Of a stretch of 64,000 nt of DNA, positions 1-30,799 are shown in pieces. A program made the translations under genes and the position numbers. This DNA comes from Rhynchobatus australiae (Eukaryota). The notes under the pieces are model-generated. The model saw only the letters and a list, made by a program, of their open reading frames with translations, searched no databases and was not told the origin of the DNA. Position 1 is the first letter of the stretch, and each line of letters opens with the position of its first letter. The stretch spans positions 19,458,506-19,522,505 of the forward strand of contig JAUZTB010000057.1 of NCBI GenBank assembly GCA_034780895.1, in the 5' to 3' direction.

Positions 1-620
1 GGAGGTGTTGAGTCCCAGGTCTCGGAGTTTGGTGATGAGTTTGCTTGGAATTATAGTATTGAAGGCTGAGCTGTAGTCAAACAATAGTCTAATGTCGGTA
101 TCTTTACTGTCCAGATGCTCCAGAGATGAGTCTAGGGCCAGGGAGATAGCGTCCATTGTAGTGGGCCGATATTATCTGGGAGGCTGGAGTTGATGCGTGC
201 CTTGACCATGACCAGCCTCTCAAAGCACTTCATGATGGTTGACGTCAGAGCTACTGGTTGGTGGTCATTAAGGCATATTACCTTATTTTTCTTAGGTACC
301 AAGATGATAGTGGTGGTCTTAAAACAAGTGGGAACCTCAGATTGAAGCAGGGAGGGGTTAAATGTCTGCAAATACCCCGCCAGCTGATCAGCACAAAATC
401 TGAGTACAGCCAGGGACACCATCTGGGCCAGATGCTTTCCTCGGGTTCACTGATCCTCGACGGTGACAATGGGTTCAGTTGCATTGGAGGCTGTCAGGGT
501 TGGGTGGTGACAATCCACTCCCCTTCTGTTCAAAATGCACATAGAATGCATAAAGCTCATTGGGAATGGTTGTGCTGTTGTTAACTATGCTACCCAACTT
601 TGTTTTGTAGCCCATTATAG
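1..620 (-). mobile_element. Rex/Babar-like LINE, degenerate ORF2 fragment
   Basis: PTCFKTTTIILVPKK...LNDHQPVALTSTIMKCFERLV in ORF 132-422. Confidence 0.8.
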
Positions 621-666
621 CATGTAAGCCCTGCCACAACTGACAGCTAGTCTGGGATAAAGCCAT

Positions 667-1262
667 AATGAGGTAGATGATGAGGTCAAGAGTGCATCTT
701 ATCATACCAGGAGACCATTAAACAGTCTTATAACAATGGGATAGAAGCTGTCCTTGAGCCTGGTGGTAAGTGCTTTCAGGTTTTTGAATCTTCTGCCTGA
801 TGGGGGGTGGGATCTTTGATTATGTTGGCTGCTTCACCTGGCAGTGAGAAGTAGAGTCTCATGGAGGGGAGGCTGGTTTCTGTGATGTGCTGAGCTGTGT
901 CCACAACTCTCTGCAGTTTCTTGAGGTCACAGGCAGAACAGTTGCTACACCAAGCTGTGATATATCTGGATAGATGCTTTCTACAGTGCATCTACAAAAA
1001 TTGGTGAGAGTCAAAGGGGCATGCCAAATTTCTTTAGCCTTCTGAGGAAGTGGAGGTGTTGGTACGCTTTCTTGGCCAGGACAGGCTATTTTGGTGATGT
1101 TTACTCCAATAAACTTGAAGCTCTCAACCCCAGTGCTACTGATGTAAACAGGAGTTTGTGTGCCCCCCCCTTTCCTGAAGTCAATGACCAGCTCTTTTGT
1201 TTTGTTGACACTGAGGGGAAGGTTGTTGTCATGACTCCTTGCCACTAGGCTCTCTATCTCTT
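667..1262 (-). mobile_element. Rex/Babar-like LINE 3' fragment with internal deletions
   Basis: NKTKELVIDFRK; ITAWCSNCSACDLKKLQRVVDTAQHITETSLPS; same 3' tail recurs at 62727-62975. Confidence 0.8.
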
Positions 1263-1572
1263 TAATTAAGAATAGGTCCCCATCAATAATATCTACATTC
1301 AAATAGATATATTTTAAAATGTTTAAATTCACAATTATGCATCTCCTCTAGTAACATAAAATTTCCTTTCTTCCCCCTATGTTCTCTTCAATATTCTGAA
1401 AGGATAGTTCTGTTTCATACTTCCAAACAAACCAAAACAGTCATCCAGTTGTCCTTGTATGCTTAGTCTGGAATATTAACTGTAAATGTTTGTCATAAGT
1501 GGTGATTTATATACTGTCAAATTTGATCAGCCATGATTCAACATAGTTGGTTGGACTTGTAACACCTAATAC

Positions 1573-2400
1573 TAGGGATGCCATCTCCCTGGCCCTACAC
1601 TCAGCTCTGGAGTATCTGGACAGTAAAGACACCTACGTTAGACTATTCTTTATTGACTACATCTCTGCCTTCAATACAATAATCCCAAGCAAGCTTGTCA
1701 CCAGACTCCGAGACCTGGGACTCAACACCTCCCTCTGTAACTGAATCCTTGACTTTCTAACAACAGACCGCAATCAGTGAGGATAGGCAGCAATACCTCC
1801 GGCACAATTATTTTCAACACTGGTGCCCCACAAGGCTGCATCCTCAGCCCTCTACCCTACTCCCTATATACTTACGACTGTGTGGCCAGATTCTGCGCTA
1901 ACTCCATCTGACAAGTTTGCAAATGTTACTACCATTTCTTTCTTGAGGTCACGGGCAGAACAGTTGCTACACCAAGCTGTGATATATCTGGATAGATGCT
2001 TTCTACAGTGCATCTACAAAAATTGGTGGGAGTCAAAGGGGCATGCCAAATTTCTTTAGCCTTCTGAGGAAGTGGAGGTGTTGGTGCACCATTGTAGGCT
2101 GTATCTCAAACAGCAAAGAGTCAGAGTACAGGAAGGAGATAGAGAGCTTAGTGGAATGGTGTTATGACAACAACCTTGCCCTCAATATCAACAAAACAAA
2201 AGAGCTGGTTACTGACTTCAGGAAAGAGGGAAGTGTACATGCTCCCNNNNNNNNNNNNNNNNNNNNNNNNNNNNNNNNNNNNNNNNNNNNNNNNNNNNNN
2301 NNNNNNNNNNNNNNNNNNNNNNNNNNNNNNNNNNNNNNNNNNNNNNCAAGCTTTTCACTGTACCTCGGTACAAGTGACAATAATAAACCAATACCAATAC
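1573..2400 (+). mobile_element. Rex/Babar-like LINE reverse transcriptase fragment plus 3' tail
   Basis: [37 protein letters not shown]; NNLALNINKTKELVTDFRK; tail ending ATACCAATAC. Confidence 0.85.
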
Positions 2401-4019
2401 CCTGATATATTTAAGACAAAGAACAAGTTAATTCAGATAAACATTTGTTTTATTATAATTGTATTTTTTAATTAGTGTCAGTTTGCTGCTGATGAGTAAC
2501 CTTATAAATTGCTGAATCTGAATCTCTAGAACCATTTGCTTGTTATTTGGCATTCGAAAGTCAATCTGTTGAACTTTAAAAGAAAAGTCAACGGCTTTTA
2601 AATGGCATCCTTGCACCAAAGAGAACAAGCTCTAAGGAGCTGTAAATGAGCACATTTAGCATAAACACTCAAAGATAATTCATTCATTCTAGAATCATGA
2701 ACTGTTTTGTGGGCAAAGTTAACAATGTACACAATGTTTTTTTGAAAGAAGCAAAGCTTATTATGGGAATTTAAATTGCACTGAAATAAATTTGCACTTG
2801 AATCTTGCAGTTTTTTTACAATGATTCTGGCTCAAAAATTCAAAAGGAGCAGTGCAACTAAGAGGAAACTCCAGACAAATTTTGAAATGTATATGATGTG
2901 GATGTAGTTGATCTATAATAATTTTTCTCAGAATACATATCACATTTTCTGCCAAGGTGACTTCTATGGATTAAACCAACTATCAGTGTTTTGAACATTT
3001 GAAAATGGCTTTGGTAATATGTTTCTCACATTTGAATGCAATTGGCATGACCAATACCATATACACAACATTGTAGAACTGATGTACTTTAAGTCAGAAT
3101 AGGGAGTTGTATCCTCTTGTAAACCCTGAAACAGCAGTCCATGTATGAAACCAATTATCTGTATAAAGCTGATTTGAATTCCCCTACTACTGGTGCTGTG
3201 ATGCAACTCGAGGTCTTGAATTCTGATTCACAAGTTCTGACAAATACTTGAACTATAGGAGTAGTTTGGATACAGGATTTTTTTTAATCAAATTTATGTT
3301 GCTAATTGATCTTGCATTTGTAGGAATACGTGCCAGCCTTTGACTGTGAATGTAATTTGGATATTATGCAGTAGTAACTGTGTTTAACAAGATTGCCAAT
3401 AAAGTTTCCTTTTGCTGGTATAACTTTTTTTAAAAAGAAACAAATCCCTTTTGAGATTTTCTTGCTACAACACTGAATGGTTGAGGCAAATGAAATCCAA
3501 AAATGTCAAATTAGCTTTGAGCCAAAGCCTTTGCTCATCTCACAGTTGTCAATCTGACAAGTGATTTAAATTGTTCTAATCTATAAAATAGGTTTGATAG
3601 GTTGATCAGAAATTAATGGCATTAACTGTTATGATTTTAATACATTCACTTTTCAGGATGTGGATATCACAGAGAACAGCATTAATTACTGATTCCTAAT
3701 TCCCCTTTGAAGGTTGTGGTGAACCACCTTGAACTCCTGCAGTTCCACAGTACTGTTGGGTAGGGATTTCCAAGATTTAGATCTAGCCACAATAAAAGGA
3801 TGGAGATTTTTCACCAAGTCAGGGTGGTGTGCACCTTGAAGGGGAACCTGCATCAGGGTTCCTATCAATCTGCTGCCTTTGCCCTTTTTGATGATCATGA
3901 AGTTTGTGGCTTCTTTTGGAGTAGCCTGTTCTGTCTTCTTGTACACTTCTGATAGAGGGACTATCAAGCATCAGTCTCAAACACAGTTGTCCACCGTGAT
4001 TCACTATCATCTTTCATCT

Positions 4020-5135
4020 GCTATGTAACAGCATACAAGGCCATGATCTTAAACAGACACATTCTCAATGCAGACTAGTTTCAAGCAAGGCTGGAAATAT
4101 TGTCCAAATGCTTTTGTCAATCTTTCTCCCTTCAATGTTTGCACCTCCCTTCCACCAAGCTTCCCAGCAGAGTGGAGCTAATCTACAAGATGAATGGAAA
4201 ACTGTTCAATCTACGTTGCACTGAACCAGAACCAAAGTCAACCCAATCTCAGTCACTGAGCTGCAGCATGCAGATACCATTTGCATATGCTCCAAGTCAT
4301 CACTGACTCCTTTACTGAAGCACTTGAGAGAATGGACCTTACACTTAACATCCACAAAATGAAGGTCCCAAATCAATCACCCACTGCAGAATTTCACCCT
4401 CTGAATGTAGCATTTCAGGATAAGACCATTTCTTCTCAGGAGCCACTGCCCAATGAAGGCAGGCAGTGATGATGAAATTCACAATCAACTTTAGTGGACA
4501 TCTAAGGAAAAGCATATTCAAAAATCAGGGTGTTAAACCTGACACAAAGCTTATGGTCTACCAGGCCGCAATGTTCTCTGTCTTCTTGTACATTTCTGAG
4601 ACATGGACTACCTATGCAGGGACTTTAAAGCACTTGAAATGTATAATCAATAATGTTTCTGTAAAATCTTCTGGCAGGATAAGGGGCCCAATGTCAGCTT
4701 CTACTCCCACGCCAACATTGCCACTACTGAAGCACTAATTACACTCAGCTCCAGTGGTCAATGTAAAGCATTCACATACCTGAAACCAGACCTCTAAACA
4801 GATAATCTATTCATAGGAAGATAGACAGAGGAAACAATTCAAGGAAGCTCTCAAAACCTCCTTGAAAAATTGTAATTTCCCCTTTGACCTGTGGGAAACC
4901 ATGGGCCATTCCATTCAAAGTGAAGAAGCTTTCCAGATGGCATTGAGAATCTCGCATCCGCAGTAGAATACACAGGAGCCCAGTGTAAACAGTGGAGAGA
5001 ATGCACCACTTCTCAAACTACCCATGCAACCAACCCATCAAACTCCACTTGCCCCATCAATGGCAGAATCTGCATGACCCACATTGAGTTAATCAGCCAC
5101 CTCAGAATGCACAGAACCAGAGTGGAAACTTGACT
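4020..5135 (+). mobile_element. Degenerate RTE-clade LINE 3' half
   Basis: VELIYKMNGKLFNLR, LTLNIHKMKV, TKLMVYQAAMFSVFLYISETWTTY and a remnant C-terminal ISHLRMH zinc-finger-like motif. Confidence 0.7.
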
Positions 5136-5149
5136 GCCTGTGAAGAAGG

Positions 5150-5690
5150 AGAAACACTTCTCCAGACAAGTGAATGATATTCCATCGTGCTCCTGAATTG
5201 TGCCTTCTGGATGGACAAAAGGCTTTGGGGTGCCAAGTGGGTACTAACCACAGGATATCCAACCACTGGTCTGGTCTTGTGGCCACGATACTCATGTGGC
5301 CAGTTCAACTGACTTTCTGGTTAATGTTGAAGGTCAGGAACCTGCTGATAGTAATGCCATTTAATTTCAAAGATAGGTGATTAGACTCTCTCCAGTTGGA
5401 GAGAATCATTGCTTGGCCCTTTTGTGGTACAAATGTTACTTATCACTCATCAGCCCTTGCCCAAATGTTGTCTGAAGTCTTGCAGTATGCATTCATGAGC
5501 TGCTTTATTTCCTGGGAGTTGTGAATGGAATTGAATGTTGTACAATTCAGCCCCAATTCTGACTTTATGATGAAAGGAATATCATTGATGATGCAGCTGA
5601 AGATGATAGAGCCTAGGACACAGCCCCGAGGAACTCCTGCAGATGGGATGATTGCCCTCTGCCAACCTCAGCCATCTTCCTATGGGCAAG
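5150..5690 (-). mobile_element. Degenerate LINE RT fragment; related 3' pieces at about 3690-3940, 26230-26455 and 57430-57900
   Basis: QSLLSIQKAQFRSTMEYHSLVW resembles the LINE YKAQVRSVMEYSPLAW motif. Confidence 0.6.
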
Positions 5691-5799
5691 CCTAAGATGA
5701 GCAACAAAAGCAACTCTGGCGGCAATTTGAAATGACAACAAAAGAAGGACTTCAGAGTTTGGAAGTTTGTTCTGACAATGAGGAACTAACATTGTATAG

Positions 5800-6200
5800 T
5801 ACCTATGCTATAAACAATAGCAGCAACAAACAGACAGGCTTTCAAATAAAGGTGCCAATTGACAACCAGAACATCGACATAGGAATTGACACCGCTGCAT
5901 TCTGATTGATAATGAGTCAAGATAATGAGGCAAATTCAGCCAGGTACTGCTGACAGAAAGAACTGAAAACCTCCAGTACCAGGTTTTGCAGATATTCTGG
6001 CAAATGGAGTGCACAGTACCACAAGTAGAAAGCAAGTGCAGCTCCCCATCATTATAGCACGCTATAAATACAGGTCGACTTTGATCGGGAAGGAGTGGCT
6101 GAGACAACTCAAGCCAAATTGGAAGACAGTTTTCAAAGCTGGCACTTCAGAGTTCCACCTTAACACATCGGTTGAAGGTATTAATAAGTTAAAAGACTTC
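5800..6200 (+). mobile_element. Ty3/Gypsy LTR-retrotransposon protease remnant
   Basis: IDTAA (degenerate DTGA) near 5885 and LPIIIARYKYRSTLIGKEWLRQLKPNW. Confidence 0.55.
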
Positions 6201-6204
6201 CTCA

Positions 6205-6590
6205 CTGAATATAATGGGCAACAACAGACACATTATGGAACTCAGCAGATCAGGCAGCATGTGTGGAGGGAAACGGACAGTTGACATTTCAGGTCGGCAT
6301 CCTTCATCTGGACTGAAAGAGTAAAGGGGAGATAGCCAGTATTAAGAGATGAGGGGAAGTGATGGGTATTGGTATATTATTGTCACTTGTATCGAGGTAC
6401 AGTGCAAAACATGTCTTGTATACCGATCAATTCATTACACAGTGCAGTTACATTGGATTAGTACAGAGCGCATTGAGGTCGTACAGAGTGCATCGATGTA
6501 ATACAGGTAAAAACAATAACAGTAGAGTAGCGTCACAGCTACAGAGCTGTGCAGTGTACAGGGCAAGAGCTGGCAAGCAAAAGCTGGTTC
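6205..6590. repeat. Abundant interspersed repeat (GGAACTCAGCAG-TCAGGCAGCATC family) followed by an antisense Rex-like LINE tail
   Basis: Related copies at about 8400, 21085/21350, 23780, 43600-43760 and 44140-44310. Confidence 0.6.
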
Positions 6591-6801
6591 CTTGCTAACT
6601 CTTGCCCAACTTATGATAAGCCAATATATTTAACACGTATTCTGAAGGCATTCCAACAACTTAGGTCTAAGCTTGCCTTGGTTTACAATTCATTTTGTTA
6701 ATTTTTTTCTGTGCTTACACCTATTGCTGTGCTTACATTGATGATGTTGGCCGGAAAGCCGTGGAACCACATTCTCGAACAGTGTCTTCAGGCTGCAGTA
6801 A

Positions 6802-25197
<18,396 letters not shown>

Positions 25198-26454
25198 AAG
25201 GACAATGCCATGGACAATTTTTAATCCAGATAAACTTCTTTGATCCTGATGAAATGGTTGTTGACTCCAGTNNNNNNNNNNNNNNNNNNNNNNNNNNNNN
25301 NNNNNNNNNNNNNNNNNNNNNNNNNNNNNNNNNNNNNNNNNNNNNNNNNNNNNNNNNNNNNNNNNNNNNNNACATTTGGAAATGAGATTATTTCAGCTGA
25401 GGAGACTGAAATGAGCAAAACCTGTCATGCAGCAAACAAATTTCTTGTGGCCTATATTGCCTCTTGTGAGTGCTTGAGCTGGTTTGATGGTGGAATTTTG
25501 TGTTAACTGCTCTATACTGGGTGGAACTGTCTCTTTTGAAAATGGTATCAAAGTTGGCATTAACCTGTCTCTCTGTATAGGTTGACCATTCATGCTACTA
25601 GTAGATTAAATTTGCATCCATTTGAGTTTCTTCCTAAAATTTGAAGCACTGGTGTGCAATGCATGGCACAGCATAGGAGATGCACATACACCTTTGGTGA
25701 ATTGCATTACTGTAACTCTTCATCCCTGGCAATGTGCTGTATTTTATTGGTATCCAAAATCCCTTTACAACAGGAGTTATCCCATAGAAGTTCATTAACT
25801 ACTTTTGTATTTTGTGCTTCCCTACATACAAAACTCAAGAATTTCAAGAAACAAATTTCTTTTGTTATTGCACTGAGTACTTTGAAACTGAAGTGCTGTT
25901 TGCAATGATGTGGGAAATATGGTGCCGATGGAGCAGATACTACCATTTAAAGGGATTTCATTTGTGATGGTGTTGTGAATATCATGCAAAAAGCTTTAAA
26001 GTTTTTATTCTGGTTGAAATTTCATCTTGGCTCCTGTTATATTTCTTCAGTTTAGAAACTTCTATTGCCCTATGGTTAAATTCTTGAAGCATTTTTCAAT
26101 ACATACTGCTGCTTTTCCAAATCTTGAATAATTTCAATATTTCCCCTTTTTGTATTCTTTCTAAATCTGAAAGAGTTCCTGTGCTTGTTTTGTGATATGA
26201 AAGTTTAATGCTAGAATTATTACACCATCTGTACTAGTGGTTGCAATACCTCCCATCAACAAAATGCACTGTCTGGGTTACACTGACAGCATTACCTAAA
26301 GCCACAACTGCCACCACCTAGCAGGACAAGAGCAGTAGGCACAGTGGAACACAACCTTCATGTTTCCCTCCAGGTTGCACACCATCCTGATTTGGAAATG
26401 TATCATTGGTCCTTCTTCATAACTGGGTCAAAATCTTGGCAATCCCACCCCAAC

Positions 26455-27720
26455 AAGCCAGCATGGATTCATGAAGGGAAGATCCTGCCTGACCAACCTA
26501 TTGGAGTTTAAGGAAATCTCAAGTAGGATGGATAAGGGAGAGGCTGTGGATGTTGTGTATTTGGATTTTCAAAAGGCCGTCAAGGGGCTGTACAAGAGGC
26601 TGCTTAATAAGATGGGAGCTCCTGGAATTANNNNNNNNNNNNNNNNNNNNNNNNNNNNNNNNNNNNNNNNNNNNNNNNNNNNNNNNNNNNNNNNNNNNNN
26701 NNNNNNNNNNNNNNNNNNNNNNNNNNNNNNNNNNNNNNNNNNNNNNNNNNNNNNNNNNNNNNNNNNNNNNNNNNNNNNNNNNNNNNNNNNNNNNNNNNNN
26801 NNNNNNNNNNNGTTTTGTGGCTAAGTTTGCAGATGACACCAAGATACGTGGAGGAGTAGGGAGCACTAAAGAAACAAGAAAGTTGCAGAGAGACTTGGAT
26901 AGTTTAGGAGAATGGGCAAAGAAATGGCAGATGAGATTCAATGCTGAGAAATGTGCGGTTGTACACTTTGGAAAAAGAAATAAATGGGCAGATTATTATT
27001 TAGATGGGGAGAAAATTCAAAGTACAGAAGTGCAAAGGGACTTGGGGGTCCTCGTGCAGGATCCCTGAAAGGTTAACCACCAGTAAGAAAAGCGAATGCT
27101 ATGCTGGCATTCATTTTGAGAGGTATAATGTATAAAAGTAAGGAAGTGTTGATGAGGCTCTATGGGGCACTGGTGAGGCCTCATTTGGAATACTATGTTC
27201 AGTTTTGGACCCTTATCTTAGAAAGGATGTACTGATGTTGGAGAGGGTTCAGAGAAGCTTTACGAGGATGATTCCTGGAATGAAAGGGCTTACTTATGAT
27301 GAGTGTTTGTTGGCTCTTGGACTGTACTCACTGGAGTACAGAAGAATGAGAGGGGACTTCATAGAAACAGTTAGAATGTTGAAAGGACTGGACAGAGTAG
27401 ATGTGGCTAAGCTGTTTCCCATGGTGGGTGAGTCCAGGATCAGAGGGCACAGTCTTAGAATTAGAGGTTACCCACTTAGAACAGAAGTGAGAAATTTTAT
27501 TTAGCCAGAGGGTCATGAATTTATGGAATTCGTTGCCACATACAGGTGTGGAGGCCCGATCATTTGGGGTGTTTGAGGAGATTGATCGGTATCTAATTAG
27601 TCGAAGGATATGGGGAAAAGTCTGGGAATTGTGGCTAGGTGGGAACAGTTTAGCATAGTGAGGTAGTGCAGCAGACGCGATGGGCCGAATGGCCTACTTC
27701 TGCTCCTTTTTTGTCTTGTG
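26455..27720 (+). mobile_element. CR1 LINE, RT to 3' end, with frameshifts
   Basis: QHGFMKGRSCLTNLLEF, YLDFQKA, KFADDTK, LERVQRSFTRMIPGMKGL; 3' GGGCCGAATGGCCTACTTCTGCTCCT. Confidence 0.92.
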
Positions 27721-29439
27721 ATCTGGTGAACAACACTCGAGTTCCTTTTGACAAAAGGCCTGCAGCAGTTCCAGACAGCAGCTGCTCGGGACAATTGGAG
27801 GTGAGCAGCAACTACTGCCTGAATCCTGAGAACTTAATTTTTTTAAAAAAATCATTACCATGCTGTTTTTACTATATTTTTAATTTAATACCTAAATCAA
27901 ATATTTGAAAATATCCAAGATAAGCCTGTAACTCCTGATCTCTCTTCCCTGGATATCTCAGATTTCAAGGGTTCATATCCTTCCTGAAAATGGTGTCTGG
28001 TCTTTAGCATGATGCATGAGCCATTAGCCATCCTTCATTACCCTGGGGAATCACATTGCTGTGGGACCTCCATTCACAAGTAGCAGTCCAACTATTTTCA
28101 TCATTAGTTTCTGGTGCCAGCTTCCAACTGACCAGATTTATGAATACAACCTTGCAATTTTAATATTTGACCTCCTGACCTGGTCCAATACAGTAGCAAG
28201 TAGGCTACTCTATTTCTTTTAAAGAATTGTACATAAGTTGATCTAAGCTAGTTGGGCCATAATTATGAAGGGGGAGGCTGACTATAACCTAACATAATCA
28301 AAAGACAGTCAATGTTTGTTTTATTATTTTAAGTGCTTAATAAGAGATCATTTATCCCACAAAATTAGTTTACCAACAGCCGAATTAAAACAGACTGACC
28401 TACGATTTTCTGGCTTATCAGTTGAGCACTAATATATTGCAGACTGCTGTGAGTCATTTATGGTGGTGATCAGCAATAAGTGTAATATTTATTGTTTTGG
28501 GGTATGGCTTACCTTTTCATTGAATTTTGGATAACTGTAGTCTGCATCTCTCTCTCTGTTACTTTTCTGTACCATAATGGAACTTTAACACAAGTCCTTG
28601 TGATTTATTTGTCTTGAATAACTTGTACCATTTCTTTGAATTATAAATGATCCTACAATACTAATATGTGCCACTACTAAACAGTCATGCACTTATTTAG
28701 TATCTTTACTGCTGCCTTATTTGTCATTATAGGCCTTGCTATTTCACAGCCCTTGATTATTCTCCTCTTTTTAAAAAAAAAAGAAACAAACTACAAAACA
28801 GAAGTTGGTCACACTTTGGGACTTTATTTTATCTTGATACAAATTTCTAAATTGTGTAGTTTGTGGTAAAAAATCACCATAGTAACATCTTGTATTCATT
28901 ACATTGTATGTTTAAAATGCAAGTCATCCCAAAAAGTTCCACAGGGATCATTATGAAACAGTCTAGCAATGACCAAATTCAGGAAATTAGAATGGTGACT
29001 AAAAGTGAAGTCAGAGATGGATTTAATGGAATCGCTTGTACGAGAGTGGTCCATAGAGTTGTGGGAAGAGAAGATAGAGCTTAGGGTCTGAGCTTCTGAA
29101 AAAGGAACTTCCAGTGGTGGGGTGATTTAGGTTTGGGGTATGCAGGAGGAGTGCAGCGATCAGACAGCTACAGGTGATTTTGCCATAAGGATGTACATTT
29201 GGATACGGGTAGCAAAGTTTTGGTTGAGTGCACATTTAGTGGGCTTGAGATGGGGTGCTGGCCATAGCAACTCCGGAATAGTGGAGTCTTAAAATAATTG
29301 AGTTGTGCAATTGAATTTAACAGCACATGAGCTGAGGTGGTTGTTAAAGTGGTGAAATGGGTAGTCTTGGTGATGGAGAGGATATGCGGTCAGAAAAAAA
29401 CACGGACCACACATGAACAATCATAGTTCATCTAAAGTG

Positions 29440-30600
29440 ACTACTCAAGAAAAGGGGGAGAGAGAAAATTGGGAACTACAGGCCAGTCGACTCATTCACA
29501 GTAATTGGAGAATATTCTGGAATCCATGATGCAGCAAGTGGTAACAGGACACCGAGAAAATGGTGCGATTTGTTGACTAATTTTGTTTAAGGATGAAAGC
29601 AGCCGGGTAGATAACGGGGAAACAATGGATGTAGTTTTGATTTTCAACATCATTCAGTAAAGTGTCTTCAAATGCAGTGCTGACCTTTAGTGTGAGAGGA
29701 AGGGAGACTGGCTGGAGTTGTGTACGGTACTGAGACCTCACTTGGAGGAGTATTTCTAGTTATGTTCTCCATGCCTATGGAAGGGTATGAGTTGCTGAGA
29801 GGTGATGTAATGTAGACTCATGGATTGGGTATGAGGAATGAGCAGCTTATCCTTTGAAAAGTGGTTCAATAAAACAACGGTAGTGAGATTGCCTTTGGGA
29901 AGTGATCTCTGTGAAACAACCATTTGAAAGGAATTGATTCACGTGGAGAAGCTATTTCCCCGGCTGGGCTTGGCCTCAATGCTGGGGATGACCAGTTTGG
30001 ACCGAGATAAAGAAATCTATTTCCTCAGCGTTTTGAATCTTCGGAATGTTCTACCCCAGAAGGTTGTGGGTGCATGTTCGTATTCAAAGCTGAAATCAGT
30101 CGCTGAGGGAATTGTGTGGTTCTGGGGATTGAGCAAGAACCTGGAATTGTCCAGGATCAGCCGTTGTAGTAAACAGTGGGGCAGCTGNNNNNNNNNNNNN
30201 NNNNNGGGGTGGTGCGATTGTTTATGTTCTTAAACTCTTCTGTGCCACACAATGTGATTGCTCACAATGGCTGATGGCGGGGCCGGGGTTACTATAAAGT
30301 ATGGAAGAAGGTTGGTTAAATGACAGGAATCAACAAGTAGGAATAAATAGATGAATTCCAGTGGGCAGGAAGCTACAAGTGTTATACCAGAAGGATCTCT
30401 GCTGGGGCCTCGGCAACTTAGAATCGACATTAATGACTTGCATAAAGGGAAGTGTGATGTATCCACGGCAAGACAAAAGTTGTCTGGAAAACCATGAACA
30501 GTATGGGAGAAAAGAGTGATGGATCGGACGTTAAAACCAAAGAAACCCTGAAATTGCTTTAAATGCTGGTCTGGAGCACTCTTCCCATAAGGGAGGTGGC
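29440..30600 (+). mobile_element. Highly decayed CR1 fragments
   Basis: GNYRPV-like sequence at about 29472 and scattered CR1 RT/3' remnants. Confidence 0.55.
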
Positions 30601-30799
30601 GAGGCTACCCCTCACCACATTAACAAAAAAGTGTCTGGCTATGCAACTGAGATAATGTAATAAGGCTGCTGACTGAGACCTGTGTGGGCTGAAAGGACCC
30701 TCTCTCTGCACCTGAAATGTCGTGATCATAAATATTACCCCTTGTATTATTATCTTGCATGAGCATTGGTAAGAGTTCAAAGTACAATTGGACCCTAAG

